A stretch of 64,000 nucleotides of DNA from Bugula neritina (Eukaryota > Animalia > Bryozoa), in assembly GCA_964035545.1 (NCBI GenBank), contig OZ037765.1:5776698-5840697 (forward strand), read 5' to 3'. The position numbers and the translations under genes are program-made. The notes under the pieces were generated by a model. That model made no database searches. It saw nothing but the letters and a program-made list of their open reading frames with translations, and was not told the DNA's origin. Positions 27,201 through 40,494 of this stretch are shown here, in pieces. Position 1 is the first letter of the stretch. Every line of letters starts with the position of its first letter.

Positions 27201-30200
27201 AATTAGATGCAAAAATTTTCAATTAATAATGTAAAATATAGCTTTGATTTAGGTTACAATATTAATTTACATGGATAGACAACTCTTAGAGAAAATACAA
27301 CAGCTCTTCCTTGATATAGATTAAGCAGTTTGTGTGCAGTTGAAAACAAAACCCATTGTGCTGCTCTGTAAACCGGCAATTAGGATATACTAAAACCTAG
27401 TCATGCTTAGCAAATGCAGGGTAGATTAAAATAACTAAAATGAGTAAATGGATTGCATGAATACACATAACTACAGTGAGGCCTGTGAAGGAGATAACTC
27501 CCACTGACTTGGTATTAGCAGGGAAATATGGAGCTAATAAACTCGTGTACTTACCACAAACAGGTGATCTGAAGGCTAACACAAACAGCAACTCAGTAAT
27601 ACACATGTTCTAACGAACAGCAAAATTTAGCAATTTTAAACCCATATGGTGAGTCATTCATAGCATCCAGCTCAGGTTAAATTTATCAAATGCTTGAAAA
27701 TTGAGTCTCTTTACAATTGCGAATTTTTCAGAAAATATTCTAGTATTGGTAAATAATCATTATTGACAACAGAAGCAGTCTTTAAATTAACCAATATATA
27801 TAAATATATTTAATAAAACTTACAACATTCAAGTCTGAATCTGTAGCCACAGAAATGATCCATTTTCCTTTGTCCAACACAAGTTGAGTGTCGGTGGTCA
27901 CAAAATCTGGTTGAGTGCTAAAAAATGCATCACAACAAATTGAAACAACAAACAAGTCAAATGACCAGAAATTTAGCAAACTCAAATAAAAAGCTGGTCA
28001 CAAGAATTTGAGACTGTTAACTGTTTCAGCAAAATTATTTTAAGGCTATGGTCTACTGGTCTAGTAGTTAGAGACACGACTTAACATGCCATATATGGTC
28101 GTAGACTAGTGGGTCAAACCCCAGACAGAATTGTTGCCCATATCAAGAAAAATATGACAAAGCTCTTAAACCATGTTATTAGCATGTTCCGAAACAGCCC
28201 ATAACCCCATGAATGGTACTTTCAATCTGAGTTCTCACAGAAAATTCGACTATAAAAATAACTTTTTTCAAAGTGTAACAAAACAGTAAAAAATTAAAGC
28301 AACTTGTTGATTAAAGTGCAGCATAGATAAGTATACCTGCCAGTTGGTGGAAAGGACACAGTGATGGACTGCTCCTCACTAGACGGATCTACTGGGCTAA
28401 GAGTCACTTCAGCATTTACCGTCTGCAGGTTTCTGTTCATGTATCGGAATATTAACTTGAAAAGTGACGAAGGCTTATCGATAGTGGCCACCACTCTAAC
28501 CTATAATATAAAGTCCTCACTAATAGAGGAACCCATCAAAAAAACCAGAAGATTCGCATAGTTTACCTTTTTTTAAACAAATATATCTAGAGAAATACAG
28601 CCATTTTCAAGATTGAATACAAGGGCAAGTGCGTTAGTAATACCTGATTGTATTCAATTTGTAATTGCGTTTACCACAATAAAAGGATGAATTCTCAATT
28701 TCCTATAATGTTAAATTGAAATATCTAAATATTTACCTCGGGTTGAATGCGAGAGAAAATAGCATAACCTCTCCATGAAAAGTCTGGAAAGTCATTCATA
28801 TTATAACCAGATCTGACATCAGAGTTGTCATTTGGATTGAATCCATCTTCCATTTCATACTTCATCTGGTGCAATGTTGGGAAGTAGTGGTTGGCAATAG
28901 GTCTGAAATATGTTCACACTAGTGTCAAGGCACCAAACTGACACGGGCAATAAGTAGAATGCATGATGATGCACATGACAAGTACTGTTAAGTGTCTGTA
29001 GAAATACTTGTCAGTTCAAAGCTTTTGCCTATTTACAAACAAATAGATTATTAATATTAATAATAATGGCACACAATTTCATTCATAAACTTGAATATAA
29101 ACAAATAATTATCCATAAGTGAAAAAAGTCAAAAGAAAAACTGGGTGAAAAAGCATTGTTACAATTGAAAGTATATTCAATGAAATTTACCTAAATTTTT
29201 ATTGCCATTAATATTAATTGAATTCGATCCAAGTATTTCTCTAAGAAACAACTCACTTGTTACAAGCTCTCCCTTCAACTCTAGGTCGACAGCTACATTG
29301 TCCAGTAGTGGAATGACATCTACCGTGGATAGCCCCTCCCATATCGCAATCACAGTCTTCACACCCGAACACACTGCTCTCCTGGAGGTTGTAAGTGCCG
29401 GCTATACACACCTCACACCAGTCTGAGTTGACATTGACCTTACACAGACACTCCCCTGTCACCGGGTCACACATGTTATCACCTAGCAGGGTTCCGGGAA
29501 GATGGCAGGTACAAGCTAGAAAATACAAAAGTAATCACGTTAACCACAGACAGGTAGCCATATTGTCTGTAACAAAAAACAGTCAACATACCTACTGAAA
29601 AGCCCAACCCAAGATGGATAACTCCAAAATATAGTATTCAGAACTCTAGAAAATCCTTACATGCCAACAGATTACGACAAACCTTCACAGCCATCGGCAT
29701 TTTCTTTAGCAAGGTTGTAAAAGCCAGGTTTGCATTGATCACAGATGTGCCCCTCTACGTTGGGCTTACATTCACACAGTGTGTATCCATCATCAAAAGA
29801 CCCACAACCACCCAAGGGGTAGCCGTCCACAGGCATTGCTCCAGCAGGATTACACAGACATGCCTCACATGTTGGGAAGTTATAGAAATTTGGTGCACAC
29901 CTGAATAACAGCATAAAAACCTTGAAATATTATAAACCTCACAGTTTAAAACATATTATATTGCACATTACTATTACCTTGTCTTAACATCACCCCAGAC
30001 ATCTTTTCAGCTTTGATGTTTATATGCCCTATTCTATTATTAGACACAGGAGAAATTGTAATAAAATTCGAAATTTCTACGTCACAAAAAAGACAATTTA
30101 GTGTCAATTTATTATTAATGTATATTCACAAGCTACAAACATTTTGGCGCTTCATCAACACTCAGTATGTCAGCTTCTACAGAGGGAGTAGATCACATGG

Positions 30201-33200
30201 CTAAATGCAACACTCACGAGTCACACTTGAGTCCTATGAAGTTCGGTCGGCAGTCACACTGAGCGCTCTCATCGTCACATGACTGGCCATAGCCGCCAAG
30301 TAGGTCACAGTCACAGCTTTTACATGCAGGGTACTTGTGATAACCAGGACCGCAGGAATCACATTTCTTTCCTCCAAAGTTCGAGAGACACTGACACTGT
30401 CCTTGGTCATCGCATGTCGAGTCTCCATTAATCGTGCCAGTTAGTTCACAATCACAGGCTACAAATTAGTAATAACACACTTATGGCAAGTCTAAAAACT
30501 CACTGCCGTAAACAAGAAATCAGTAATCATGCTGTACAATTTAATAGTCAATCACCACAACTGCTACATAACGAAAATCTCGGAAAGTAAGTCAGTACTG
30601 CTCTTCAAAATCAAAATTTAAAAACTATATTCTGAATGCAGTAAACACCATTCTCGAAGACTCAGCCAACTGGTCTACATACCGGAGCAGACAGGGTATA
30701 AGTAGAATCCTGGCGCACACTGATCACACCGTTTCCCTGTATAATTGTCTTTACATATACATTGTCCTGACGTCTGGTGGCAGATCTCGGGTTCCGTGCC
30801 GGTTGTGTCACAATCACAGAACGTACATTTAGGGTAGTCAAAGAAGCCGGTCTGACACGTGTCACACTCCTTGCCACTGAACGCAAAGTCACAGTTACAT
30901 TGTCCAGTGAGCTTGTCACAAGATAAGTCCAGAGCTCCTTGACCAGCGCAGGTACAGGCTGTGAAATGTTACCACACAATAGTGACTACATGTACTCAAG
31001 TATAACATACAGCAGAGTAAAAACAAGGGGCTGTATAGATGATATCATTACAATTACAAAAATGCTAATATAGTATTTTAAAAGTCAAGATCAAGAAATT
31101 TGCCATATATATTGTCTAGCTTCAACATTACATGATTATTGTTAAAAATTTCTTGAAGATGTATATTATAGTTGAAATGTAGCTTTTCATGATATACATA
31201 AAAGTTTACTGAGTTTGGTAGCACAAAAATATAAGTTGGTAGTCAATAAATGGTGAATAACAACAAACAAAACCATACGACTATTTTCCTTAGCTCAAAG
31301 TCTCATAAACCTGAACTACATTGCCCCCAGCAGAAATATATACATACTCAATATCCAAGATCACAACTTACGTTCGCATTCTGGAAAGTTCCAGAAACCA
31401 TCTGCGCACTGACCACAATCTGCTCCATCAAAGTTAACCTTACATGGACACTGTCCACCACCGACCTCACACACATTCCCATAAGTCCCGTTCAGGAAGC
31501 AGTCACAAGGTTTACACTCTGGTGGATCATAATACCCATAGGCACACCTGAGCATCACGTCATAGTAACAATATTATTGCAGTCTAGTAGAATAACCATA
31601 GTATTTACACAGCAAGTTGTGTTGATAACAGAGCTAACAAGTATCAACAAAGAGTACAAACCATTGAATTATGACTTGTTTTAATACAAACTGCCTAAAA
31701 CTGACAGAAACTTTTACATCAGAAAACTATGACTACCAGTGCTGAATGAACACATGCATGAACATGTCTTTTAATGACCACCATTTAACTTTCACCACAC
31801 ATAGATAAAATATTATCCCACAGGAAGTTCTGTTAAATGCAGGTTACACTGTTTCAGTGACACCGAAGAAGGAATCTATACCCACAGTAGATCCTGCAGG
31901 TGACTAAAACTGGGCATATAGCTTGTCAAAATTACTCAGAAGTCTGACAAATGTTTAGACAGGAAATATTTGCACACATCTGGCCAGCATGAATCAGACT
32001 CTGTGATATCTAAGATCTAACATCATGTCAGAGTTTGTTTACATAACAAAGTCAGTTCATCAAATCAGTTACTAAACATTAGAGCACATTTCTAAACTAA
32101 TGACTGAAACAAGGACCAAAAATTTACAAAATTCTAAATAAGATAAATTGGGTACAAACTATTTACACTGTTCAATAAACATTAATATTGTAAACATAAT
32201 CAACTCTAAAAGCAAATTTCTAGAGCATTGTGATAGGCAAATACTAGAATATAAAAATATTAACAAGTCCTACATTATTTTGAGTTGTCTACACTTATAT
32301 TAGCACGGTAAAAGTTTTTGTAGAAACTAAGACTATAGTTCTAAACTCACTCTCTGCAATCTACTCCAGTGAACTGCTCTAAACACTCACATATGCCAGT
32401 CTCATCGTCACAGTTGCCAGTAGTAAACTGTAGGTCACAGGCACAACCTACAGGTGAGAGTAGATGAAGGTTTTAGCAAAGGTGGGACAACATAGCAGAG
32501 GTGAGACAATATAGCAGAGGTGGGACAACATAGCGGAGGTGGGACAATATAGCCCAGCTGCAAGTGTTTGAAGCAGAAAGGATGTTTTGATTTCATCATT
32601 ATACGGAAAAGTCAAATAAAATCTCAAAACACAATTAGCTACAGACTTGAGATTTAATGTTAATATTACATAAAAGAGCATAAAAATAATTACCACAACC
32701 TACAAACAAATCCTTTGAAGTTTTTTAATAATAGGTTATATATAAAATCTGTACAGCAGTACTCACGTTGGCAGACGTCTTTGTCTGTGAGATTTTTGCC
32801 GGGTGGACGATAGTAGCCGTGAGCACATTTATCACAGTTGATACCTTCTGTGTTGTCCGTACAATTCTGGCAGACACCACCCCCCTCGTACTTGCCATAG
32901 GTGTCAATAGAGAGCCCCAGTCTATCCACCTCCTCGTCATACACACACTCCGTGGCGTGGCCATAGCACTGACACGCTACAAACCATACATTTAATTTCT
33001 TTCCACTGCAATTTTTGGGATATATAAAACTTGACCTATATATTCAACACATTCATTTAGAAGCAGTAGTGAAAAAATTGAGATAGCCGAAGCTCTTTAA
33101 TCTTATTATAAATTTTGGTTTGGGATGAGGGTTGAAATTCTTTTGCTACATTTTCAATCTAAAACACAGGCTTTTCTCAATTTCTCCATTACTGCACCCA

Positions 33201-36200
33201 CCTCTTTAATGGAAGATGACAGAGCTAGCCTTCAGGGCAGCTAGTTACACAGGATAAGCTGTACACCTCTCAACAAGCAGCATTACTCAGAGTAATAAAC
33301 TAGACTTAATTAACTCATTAATTAGTGGCAGCAGCTACTACAGCTCCACCACCAACAGCTTCATATACAAGGATTTTCACACAGGAAATGGGCAACTGTT
33401 ATCTTTAGAAATGAGCCAAAACTAAACCAACTATTAGTGTCTCTTGCTGTAACAAAGACAGCTACAACCAATATCTTCAGCCATTGTACCTGTTTTGACC
33501 TCTGTGGGTAAATAGTTTAGCTATCAAGTTTCAGTAGGGTCTATGGGTCATGCCCATTAAACTATTTTAATGTGAATCACTGACTATTTAGCTTTTGAGA
33601 ATTCCTTGTTGACTCACCATTTTTTTATTTTATAAAATTTGCATTTAAAAAGTGTAAATATGATCCTCAGATAGCAGAAGATACAATAATAAGCTACAGC
33701 TTACAAACAGAGATGAAACTATTACAGGACAACATCAAAACATATTATAAAGGAAACAGTCACTTACGTTCGCATACATTCGCATCAGTGTTGGTGGCGG
33801 CCTGCCACTTCTTTTGTACAAAAGGCTCGCAACATCTGTCGCAGTTGTCTCCACATGTGTTATGTTGGCATTCACACGCAAGCTTAAACTGGTCTTTCTT
33901 GTCACAGGCATCAGCATGACCATTGCAGACACAGCGACCACCAATGTTTATGTCTTTCACGGAGTAGAAGTACTAAATTTACAAACAGTACAACAATTTG
34001 GTGAATAGAAAAAGGTGAGAGAGGCTGTGGTGCTGATTGAGGAAAAAGAAGCTATTATATATTCTTATATTCTACAGTCTACAGTCTACACCCTCATTAT
34101 TTTGGGTTATAAACTAATATCTGTTTTATAATTTTATTATCCTACCATAAAAATATTGCCCACAGTTATTTCTACCATAAGAATGTCAGTTTGAAACGTG
34201 AGACAAAAAGGTCAGTCAAGAATCAAGAGCCTAATTGTAAAAATGCACAGTTTAGGTTCCTATGAGGATAAGGTAGATTTCCTAACATCTGCTAGTGGAT
34301 TGAAGGCAGCATTGTTAGAGGCAGCAGTGCAGCAGACACAGTGCATCACTGTAGACTACACAGCACTCATTCAACGGGTACAGGTTATAGGAAATACTAC
34401 ACCGGGCTGAGGTCTGTATAATTAGAGAGTATTGCTGCATAATAAACAAAGATAACAAAGGCATCTTTCACTCACTGGGGCTACACTTGAACTACGAACT
34501 AAATATCTCAGTGAAACTCAATACTAGGTGCATAATTTAGCACACATTAGGGTGCCAGGGCACTGTCCAGTGATACTTACATGTATCACAACAAACTATT
34601 TACTATTTACTAAAATTCTTGTTTTAAATAGTTTCACTATAGTAATGGGGATTGGAATTAGACATGAGCAAATAATTCATAAGAATTGTAGTGATGATAA
34701 ACAAGTAAATAGTTCTGAGATAACATAAACCACGAGGTGATTTCACCAACAACATGCAATATTCAGTCTGTTTAAAGACACTGTAACCAACATACAAGCT
34801 ACAACGTTTCTTTCAGATTATAACGCTAATCATTGGGATATTTATGAAACTATATGCAATGTAATGGCAGATTTCACACCACTATGCAGTGTTGCTACAA
34901 GCAATATTCACCCTTCTAGTAACTGTTGGGTCTTGCAGCTGCAACTGCATCAGATGACCTTGAAGGGTTCTTGTCCTTTGTAGACTCATTCTAATGTTGG
35001 TAGCCTTAGTGAAAGACTGCAGGCTGGGCGAGTGAGAAAAGTTAGTAGATCCAGGTCTATCTTGAACCAAAGAGACTGCAATCTATGAACAATATATCAG
35101 TCTATAGCACAGTTTTAGAGTCAATAGAGGCCATAATAAAACTAGTAGCATAGTGGCAATATGTTTTGGTTCAAACAGGTAGCACTAGTAACTGTCTACT
35201 TGTCAAAATAAAGCAGTAAAACGCCAACACAAAAAAGTAGCCAAGCTAAGCAGAAATTTATATCTCTGAACAAACACGGGATGAGCTTTACCTCGCCACT
35301 CTCTAGGGGCACAATCTTAGAAAACGCCGTCGTACAAATTACATCAGTGTCAGCAACAGGTTTCTTGGAAGCAGTTTTGTTGAAAAACAGTTGGCAGTCT
35401 CCAGGGGAATCGGCAAAGTATTGCCATGGCAACCAGGTCTTACCGTCATCAAGTGATCTCTCAAGAGTCCAAACCCCGGGTCTGGGAGAGTTTCCCATTG
35501 TTATGAACACATATGCTACGTGGAACTCCTATAGAATAGTAAAGTTACTCATATAGTTACATGTTTACGCAAAACCTACAAGGTGAACTTCAATGTCTAC
35601 AATAATGACAAATTTCAACAAGATCTCAGAAAATATAAAAATGGTAGGTTTCAGCTAGGTTATAGCAATGCTACTAATTATATTTGGCTAGACTTGGGAG
35701 AACTACAAAGAGCTAGTAAATAAATATATTTAGCTGGTTGGTTAATCACAGATACCCATTAAATTTTAGCAATTTTGTTAATGAAAACAACATTTGGTAC
35801 TCATAACTCATAATCCAAAGACTATAATCTATATTTTAAGGCCTCCTATGTTCAATCAAAACAGCTTCAACTTGATTTGGAAATTGAACCTCTACAGTTT
35901 AGTAGCTGCAGGATTTGTGTTATAAAATATAAAACAGAAATTTAAGTAAATTTATTGATATTATTTTCATAAAGCAAAAGTTTTTGTATAAAACTGTTGC
36001 TAGGCAACAACTTTAGCTTTTAACAAACCCCATAGTGAATAAACTTGAAGTTAGCTAGCAAACTGCAAAGTGAATACGAATGTCAGTACCAATGATTATC
36101 CCATTGACATTTAGACCCATGTAAGCTTTTGATTAATGTAATTTGAATACTAGTCATCCAATGTTGTCTTTTAGACATGTGCAACTAATTTCAGATTGAA

Positions 36201-36790
36201 AGCCAATATCAATTTATTCAATGTGACATAAGTTCAAACTTTAAGTTTCTAGTTCAACTTGATATTAATTCTTACAAGATAACATATAACTATATAGAAA
36301 GTAACTTTTCTCAAATAATTTTAAAACTGGTAAAAAGTAAAGAAACAATTTTTGGAGACAATCATTGTGAACACACCTGACCAAGATTAACCGTCAGGTT
36401 GACATCATTGAATCGAGAACCTCGAGACAACGGAGGACTTTGCCACCATCTTTCAGTTCCATCAATAGCATATTGGGCTGAGTGTACTTGTGATGGCATA
36501 GCACTCGCTTCACTTGTACCTTCAGCAACACAAAAGTCGCATAACTGTCCGGCAATAATCTGGCTGTTTCTTGAATAATAAGGTGATCCTGAGAGCTCAT
36601 ACACTTCATTAGCTGATGCACCAGTCAACCTGCAAAATTGTTCTTTTGGAGAGGCAATGTTCACACCACATGTTGCAGTTGCTTCGATAGTACTTCCTTC
36701 AGCTAAATTGAAATATGGAGGTGTTAGAACTTCAGCTGATATAGTGGATATTGTAGCAAACGCTACAAGTATGATGGAGCGAAACTCCAT
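6265..36790 (-). CDS. LanA: Laminin subunit alpha, alpha-3/5 (LanA) type; ~50 exons, ~3,700 aa
   Basis: Signal peptide [19 protein letters not shown] followed by [11 protein letters not shown]...[10 protein letters not shown] (LN domain, 36790-33960). Then Cys-rich LE repeats (33960-29250), a long globular domain IV/LF (28900-24310), LE repeats, L4 (22960-21640), LE repeats, coiled coil (18700-12960) and five LG domains (12740-6265) with a Thr/Pro-rich LG3-LG4 hinge. The last exon 6410-6265 reads [48 protein letters not shown]. Splice phases were consistent at the junctions I checked; summed exon length is ~11.2 kb. Confidence 0.96.
9176..9247 (-). mobile_element. tRNA-like SINE head or decayed tRNA pseudogene in a laminin intron
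   Basis: The minus strand reads GTCCCTGTAGTGAAATGTTTAACTCGCCTGCTTGCCAGTCAGAGGTCTCGGGTTCAAATCCCATTGGGGGCA. It has a B box (GGTTCAAATCC) and a T-arm, but the A box is degenerate and the anticodon stem is mismatched. Confidence 0.6.
9703..9870. repeat. 24-bp minisatellite (AAACATAACTATACACATGAGTAT) x~6, followed by (AGACTAT)x3
   Basis: Tandem units are directly visible and fill most of a 279-nt laminin intron. Confidence 0.9.
10741..10839 (-). repeat. 33-bp tandem triplication spanning a laminin exon/intron donor junction
   Basis: Units of consensus gaattgcttacccattatacatgcaatctttgg start at 10741, 10774 and 10807. The third contains the real donor (exon end 10818, GG|gtaagc). Confidence 0.85.
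11309..11415. repeat. ~30-33-bp tandem repeat (AATTATTATATAGAATGAGAATTATACAAC) x~3.5
   Basis: Visible tandem units ending ~17 nt from the laminin donor at 11432-11431. Confidence 0.85.
15116..16277. repeat. 23-bp minisatellite (CTATATAATACAGTAACAACACA) x~50 whose unit contains the laminin 3' splice site
   Basis: On the minus strand each unit is gttgttactgtattatatag|tgt. The last unit supplies the real acceptor, tattatatag|TTTGTTGAAT (exon starts 15122). Confidence 0.95.
16852..16964 (-). mobile_element. tRNA-derived SINE (family A)
   Basis: The minus strand reads gcagctgtggtctagcggttaatacaccggcttcgtggttcgaatcgcagtgaaggccattggtgatgttaggaagggcattcagtcataactgttcttttgccac. It has A box TGGTCTAGCGG, B box GGTTCGAATC and an AGGAAGGGCAT core shared with 2701-2825 and ~61000. 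Confidence 0.7.
19412..19480. repeat. 17-bp AT-rich tandem repeat (ATATATCATATAATCAT)
   Basis: About 4 visible tandem copies in a laminin intron. Confidence 0.8.
20521..20636. mobile_element. Short imperfect palindromic element (MITE-like)
   Basis: Nested inverted pairs: ttcca/tggaa, tcgcattatgcgaat(20534)/attcgcataatgtga(20608) and ttcattcgatgt(20555)/acatcgaatgaa(20579). Confidence 0.5.
28044..28130 (+). mobile_element. Degenerate tRNA-like SINE head
   Basis: A-box-like tggtctagtagttaga and B-box-like gggtcaaacccc. Confidence 0.4.
32479..32554. repeat. 19-bp minisatellite (AGGTGGGACAACATAGCAG) x4 near a laminin acceptor
   Basis: Four visible units, ~30 nt from the acceptor at 32448-32449. 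Confidence 0.9.
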
Positions 36791-38239
36791 TTTACCACAG
36801 TTGAATCTCGCCTCTGCTTCTCTTCTGAAGCAGCTGTATGTGTAAGTAAGGATTAGGGTTTGATATTTGAGAGCACGTGTATGTCATAGGTCAATAGGTC
36901 AACATAGCTAACTAGTAGGCGGAGCAGCTATGTTGTCTAGTAAAGAGATTTCAACAGTGTTAGTTTTTATTTTTGTTTAAATAACTTTATAATAATTTAA
37001 AAATAGTAATGCTTAAATAAATTAAATATTTTGTCTAAAATAATAATTTATGACAATTGTATTGTCTTCTATCTTGTGGATCACTGCAATGTTCTATCTT
37101 GCGGATCACTGCAATGAAGTTTATAACGCCAAGGTTTAAATAACGTTTATATCCTGTATTTTCATCGCGTGCAAAAATCAAGTTCGAGTTACAGCTCTGA
37201 CTCTGGTTATAGTTATAGTTATAGTCGTAGTCATCGCGGCTGTAGTTCAAGTTACCCTAGCTAGTACTATGCATCAGAGTAATATATGTACGTTTAACCC
37301 TTTGCTATGCGTGGGATTTTTCATGTTTATTGCCTATTCGAAAAATTCAAACACCACTAACTTGTTAGTTACTGTTGTTCTGCGTCTAGATTGATTTTTC
37401 TTACCTGTAGACTATCACTATCAGTATCACTATGACTATGAGTATCACTATCAGTATCAGTATGAGTATCTCTCAATGCTCCTTTTTGGAAGATCAATAT
37501 CAATATGAGTATACTTAGAGTTGGTCTTACAGTTGCACTTACTCTTAGTCTAGCAGTAGCACTAATTGTTACCAGTTAATTAGGGTTGCACTGTGACTAG
37601 TGTTTTAGTTTTACCACTCTCAGTCTGTGTCTGAAGGGCAACAGTGAGTCTGTTATTCTTACACTTACTATTAGTGTTAGCTTTTGAGTTTGTGATGATT
37701 ATATTAAATTTTAACTTAATCATAATAGTTACGGAAATCTATTGTGTATTTTGCTCCTTTTTAATTTGTGCTTGTGCCTTTAAGGCTGTACACTTTTACA
37801 TTACAGTTTACAGGTATTAACAGATACAGAACTTGGCATAGAATTTTTTGGTAATCACATTAAATTTGATAGTGTGTATCTATATTTAATTACTTTTGAT
37901 TATGTACCTTAGCCTTAGGCTTATAATTAGAATCAGTTAGACAGTATCAGTATGAGTATTAGAGCCTTAAGTTACTAAAATGTTACTATATGACTCTTCC
38001 AGTCAATGCATTCTTGTTAGCTCAACTCTCTAAGAATTTGATACTACTGCTTGTACTGCAACTATTCAGTAACCTTTAGTCAATTGTAGCAGTGAACTTT
38101 GGGTATATAACATAATTTTTTTTCTCTTTTGAGGCTGATGTACTTTTTATTTCAATATTCCTATGCATGAATTGTTTTCTATATACTGCAAAGCAATCCA
38201 GCATTTGTATTTCAATTGCAAATGCTCATTGGTAGAAAG
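36791..38239. promoter_or_regulatory. Divergent (head-to-head) laminin/MGMT upstream region with E-box and DR2 element
   Basis: The start codons lie 1.45 kb apart on opposite strands. CACGTG at 36874-36879, AGGTCA-AT-AGGTCA at 36888-36901, a 25-bp direct duplication at ~37067-37116 and local CpG enrichment at 37100-37240. Confidence 0.55.
37190..37995. repeat. Cryptic 6-bp-periodic tracts upstream of the first MGMT coding exon
   Basis: ggttat agttat agttat agtcgt agtcat; actatc actatc agtatc actatg actatg agtatc actatc agtatc agtatg agtatc; agtatc agtatg agtatt. Confidence 0.8.
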
Positions 38240-39310
38240 ATGATGAAAAGACAGGCAATTTTAAGATCCTCTACTTCTACAGTGCCAAAACAAGCAAGAA
38301 AGTCTTGTGCTAATAAAGAGGCTCAAACTCAAGTCATTTGCCCAACAGGCACGGTACGGCTGTCTGCTTGTACAAATGGCATGCATAGTCTCAAACTTGA
38401 AACAGTAGCTGTAATTATTACAAGGTAGGTAATGGCTGTTCTACTATAAACGTCTTTTATTCAACTGAATTCCTGTTATCACTCAACTCTCATAGTGGAA
38501 TATCTTTAAAGTTGTAGGTCTAAAGTTATTTTTCTTAAAATTTTCTTTGAATATTTGGACAATGAAAATGTTGCATTTAAATTGAAAGCCATTTTAAGAG
38601 CAAGTTAAATAAGTATTTTTTTTCCAGCTCTAAAAAGTGCCAGGAGATAACAGAAAATAGAAATGGGGACATCAATGCTGACACAAGCAGACACCTGAAA
38701 GATTGTGTAAAGTGGCTAGCGTCATTTTTTAAAGGAGAACCTGCATCATTGTCTCTACACAGACCTGCTTTATGTCCAGAAATATTCAATCATGGTACAT
38801 AAATGTATTATATTCCTTTCGGGGAATTGCCTACATTATGTGTATTGGGTAGATATTAGTACAAGCAACCTTGCATTTTAGTCTATTTAGGGCATGATCG
38901 TGGATTTGGTTCAAATATTTAGCGAAAAAGGAACAATTTGGTCTGTTGTAATTAAATAATGCTAATATGTTTTATTGTATTAGAGATAACTTTGAAGGTT
39001 TAATAAAAATTGTATTTCACCTTTTGCAGATAGTTTTCGTTCTAAAGCATGGTGTATATTAGAAGAGCAGGTTAAATTTGGATGCACCGTCAGCTATGGA
39101 GAGCTGGCAGAGATGTGTGGTAGTCCCAGGGCTAGTCAGGCTGTTGGATCAGCGATGCGAAACAACCCTCTGTCTTTGATAGTGCCTTGCCATCGTGTCA
39201 TTCTCTCTTCTGGTAAATCTGGAAACTACTCTGGTGGCACAATGAACGATACAAAGATATGGTTACTGGATCACGAGAAAGCATTTAAAACATCTGATAC
39301 AATTCATTGA
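38240..39310 (+). CDS. MGMT: O6-methylguanine-DNA methyltransferase (AGT), ~210 aa
   Basis: Exons 38240-38424, 38628-38794 and 39030-39310 join in frame (633 nt). They contain VKFGCTVSYGELAEMCGSPRASQAVGSAMRNNPLSLIVPCHRV (active-site PCHR) and KIWLLDHE. The start could alternatively be ATG 38222. Confidence 0.93.
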
Positions 39311-40494
39311 CACTCTGTACTGACTGAACTTATTCTTGGCTCAATTATGCTGTTTCAAAAGATATATTTTTAGAATTATTATTCATAGGTTGTATCCAAT
39401 AGAGTTTTTATACAAATATTGTTTTATACTTGCAAATAAAAAAGAGTTTTTTATTCAACTTGCGTTGTAGAAAAATTCCCTGCTAGTTTCTAAGAATTGT
39501 ATTGAGCCTTGGCGCAAGCTTTTGCATTTATATTGTGCAACACGTACATTTTATTGACTGTAAACATCTCAAAATGCTGCAACTATACATAAGCATTTTT
39601 ATATGTCCACTAGCCAGCTCTATAAACATGTTATGAATATTTTACAGATGATAATTACAGCACAGAAAGCATAACAGCTTTAGATGCCTGTACAAAAGTA
39701 ATAAATAGTTATAAACATGAAATTACATAGACTAGAAGCATGCATTTTTATAAAAAAAATATATTGAGCTGTCTTAGAAGACCATTTTAATATGAAAAAA
39801 ATTGCTGCAAGAAAAATTTTTGTCTCGACTGTTGAAATTAAAATTTTAGGTCAAACAAATATTTTCAACGATGTTAGTGAACAACATTTAATTTTCAAAA
39901 GAACCATTTTTTGAACTTATCAAGTTGAATATTATATTTGTCTAGTGTGCAATAAGTTGTTGAAATGCAGTAAGACAGTCTAAAAATTCATCTACAGCCA
40001 TTGCTATTCGATTTTCTGTTTCAGACTGCTTAGAATTCGATTCTAACTTAGAACTAATAATTTGCAAAGTATTTTACGAGGAAGGATAATTTCTTCATTA
40101 AATAGATCTTTTAGCTACATTCATGCTGCAGGTAACGTACTAAGCAGCTACTGGCAGTATTAGCAACAGTTGTATATGCTAATACCTAAGTACATGGCAT
40201 TCAGATACTTAGAAAGTTTCAGGCATTCAGACACTTACGAAAAAATGCTGTTACAAGTATGTTTGTTATAGACAGTTAACACAGATTTGTGCTGCATTCT
40301 CAGAGTTAAGAAAACTTTGCTTATATATCTAAATTTTTTATTTGATTTATCTCTTTTGAATTACTTTTAAATTCTTACTAAAAAAAAAATGTATTCAGTA
40401 TGCATACAATAAAAATGTATGTTAAAAATACTTCTGATGCTATCAAATTTCATGCAGGTAGTATCTCTTTATCTGGTAAAATAGGTATTTTAAG

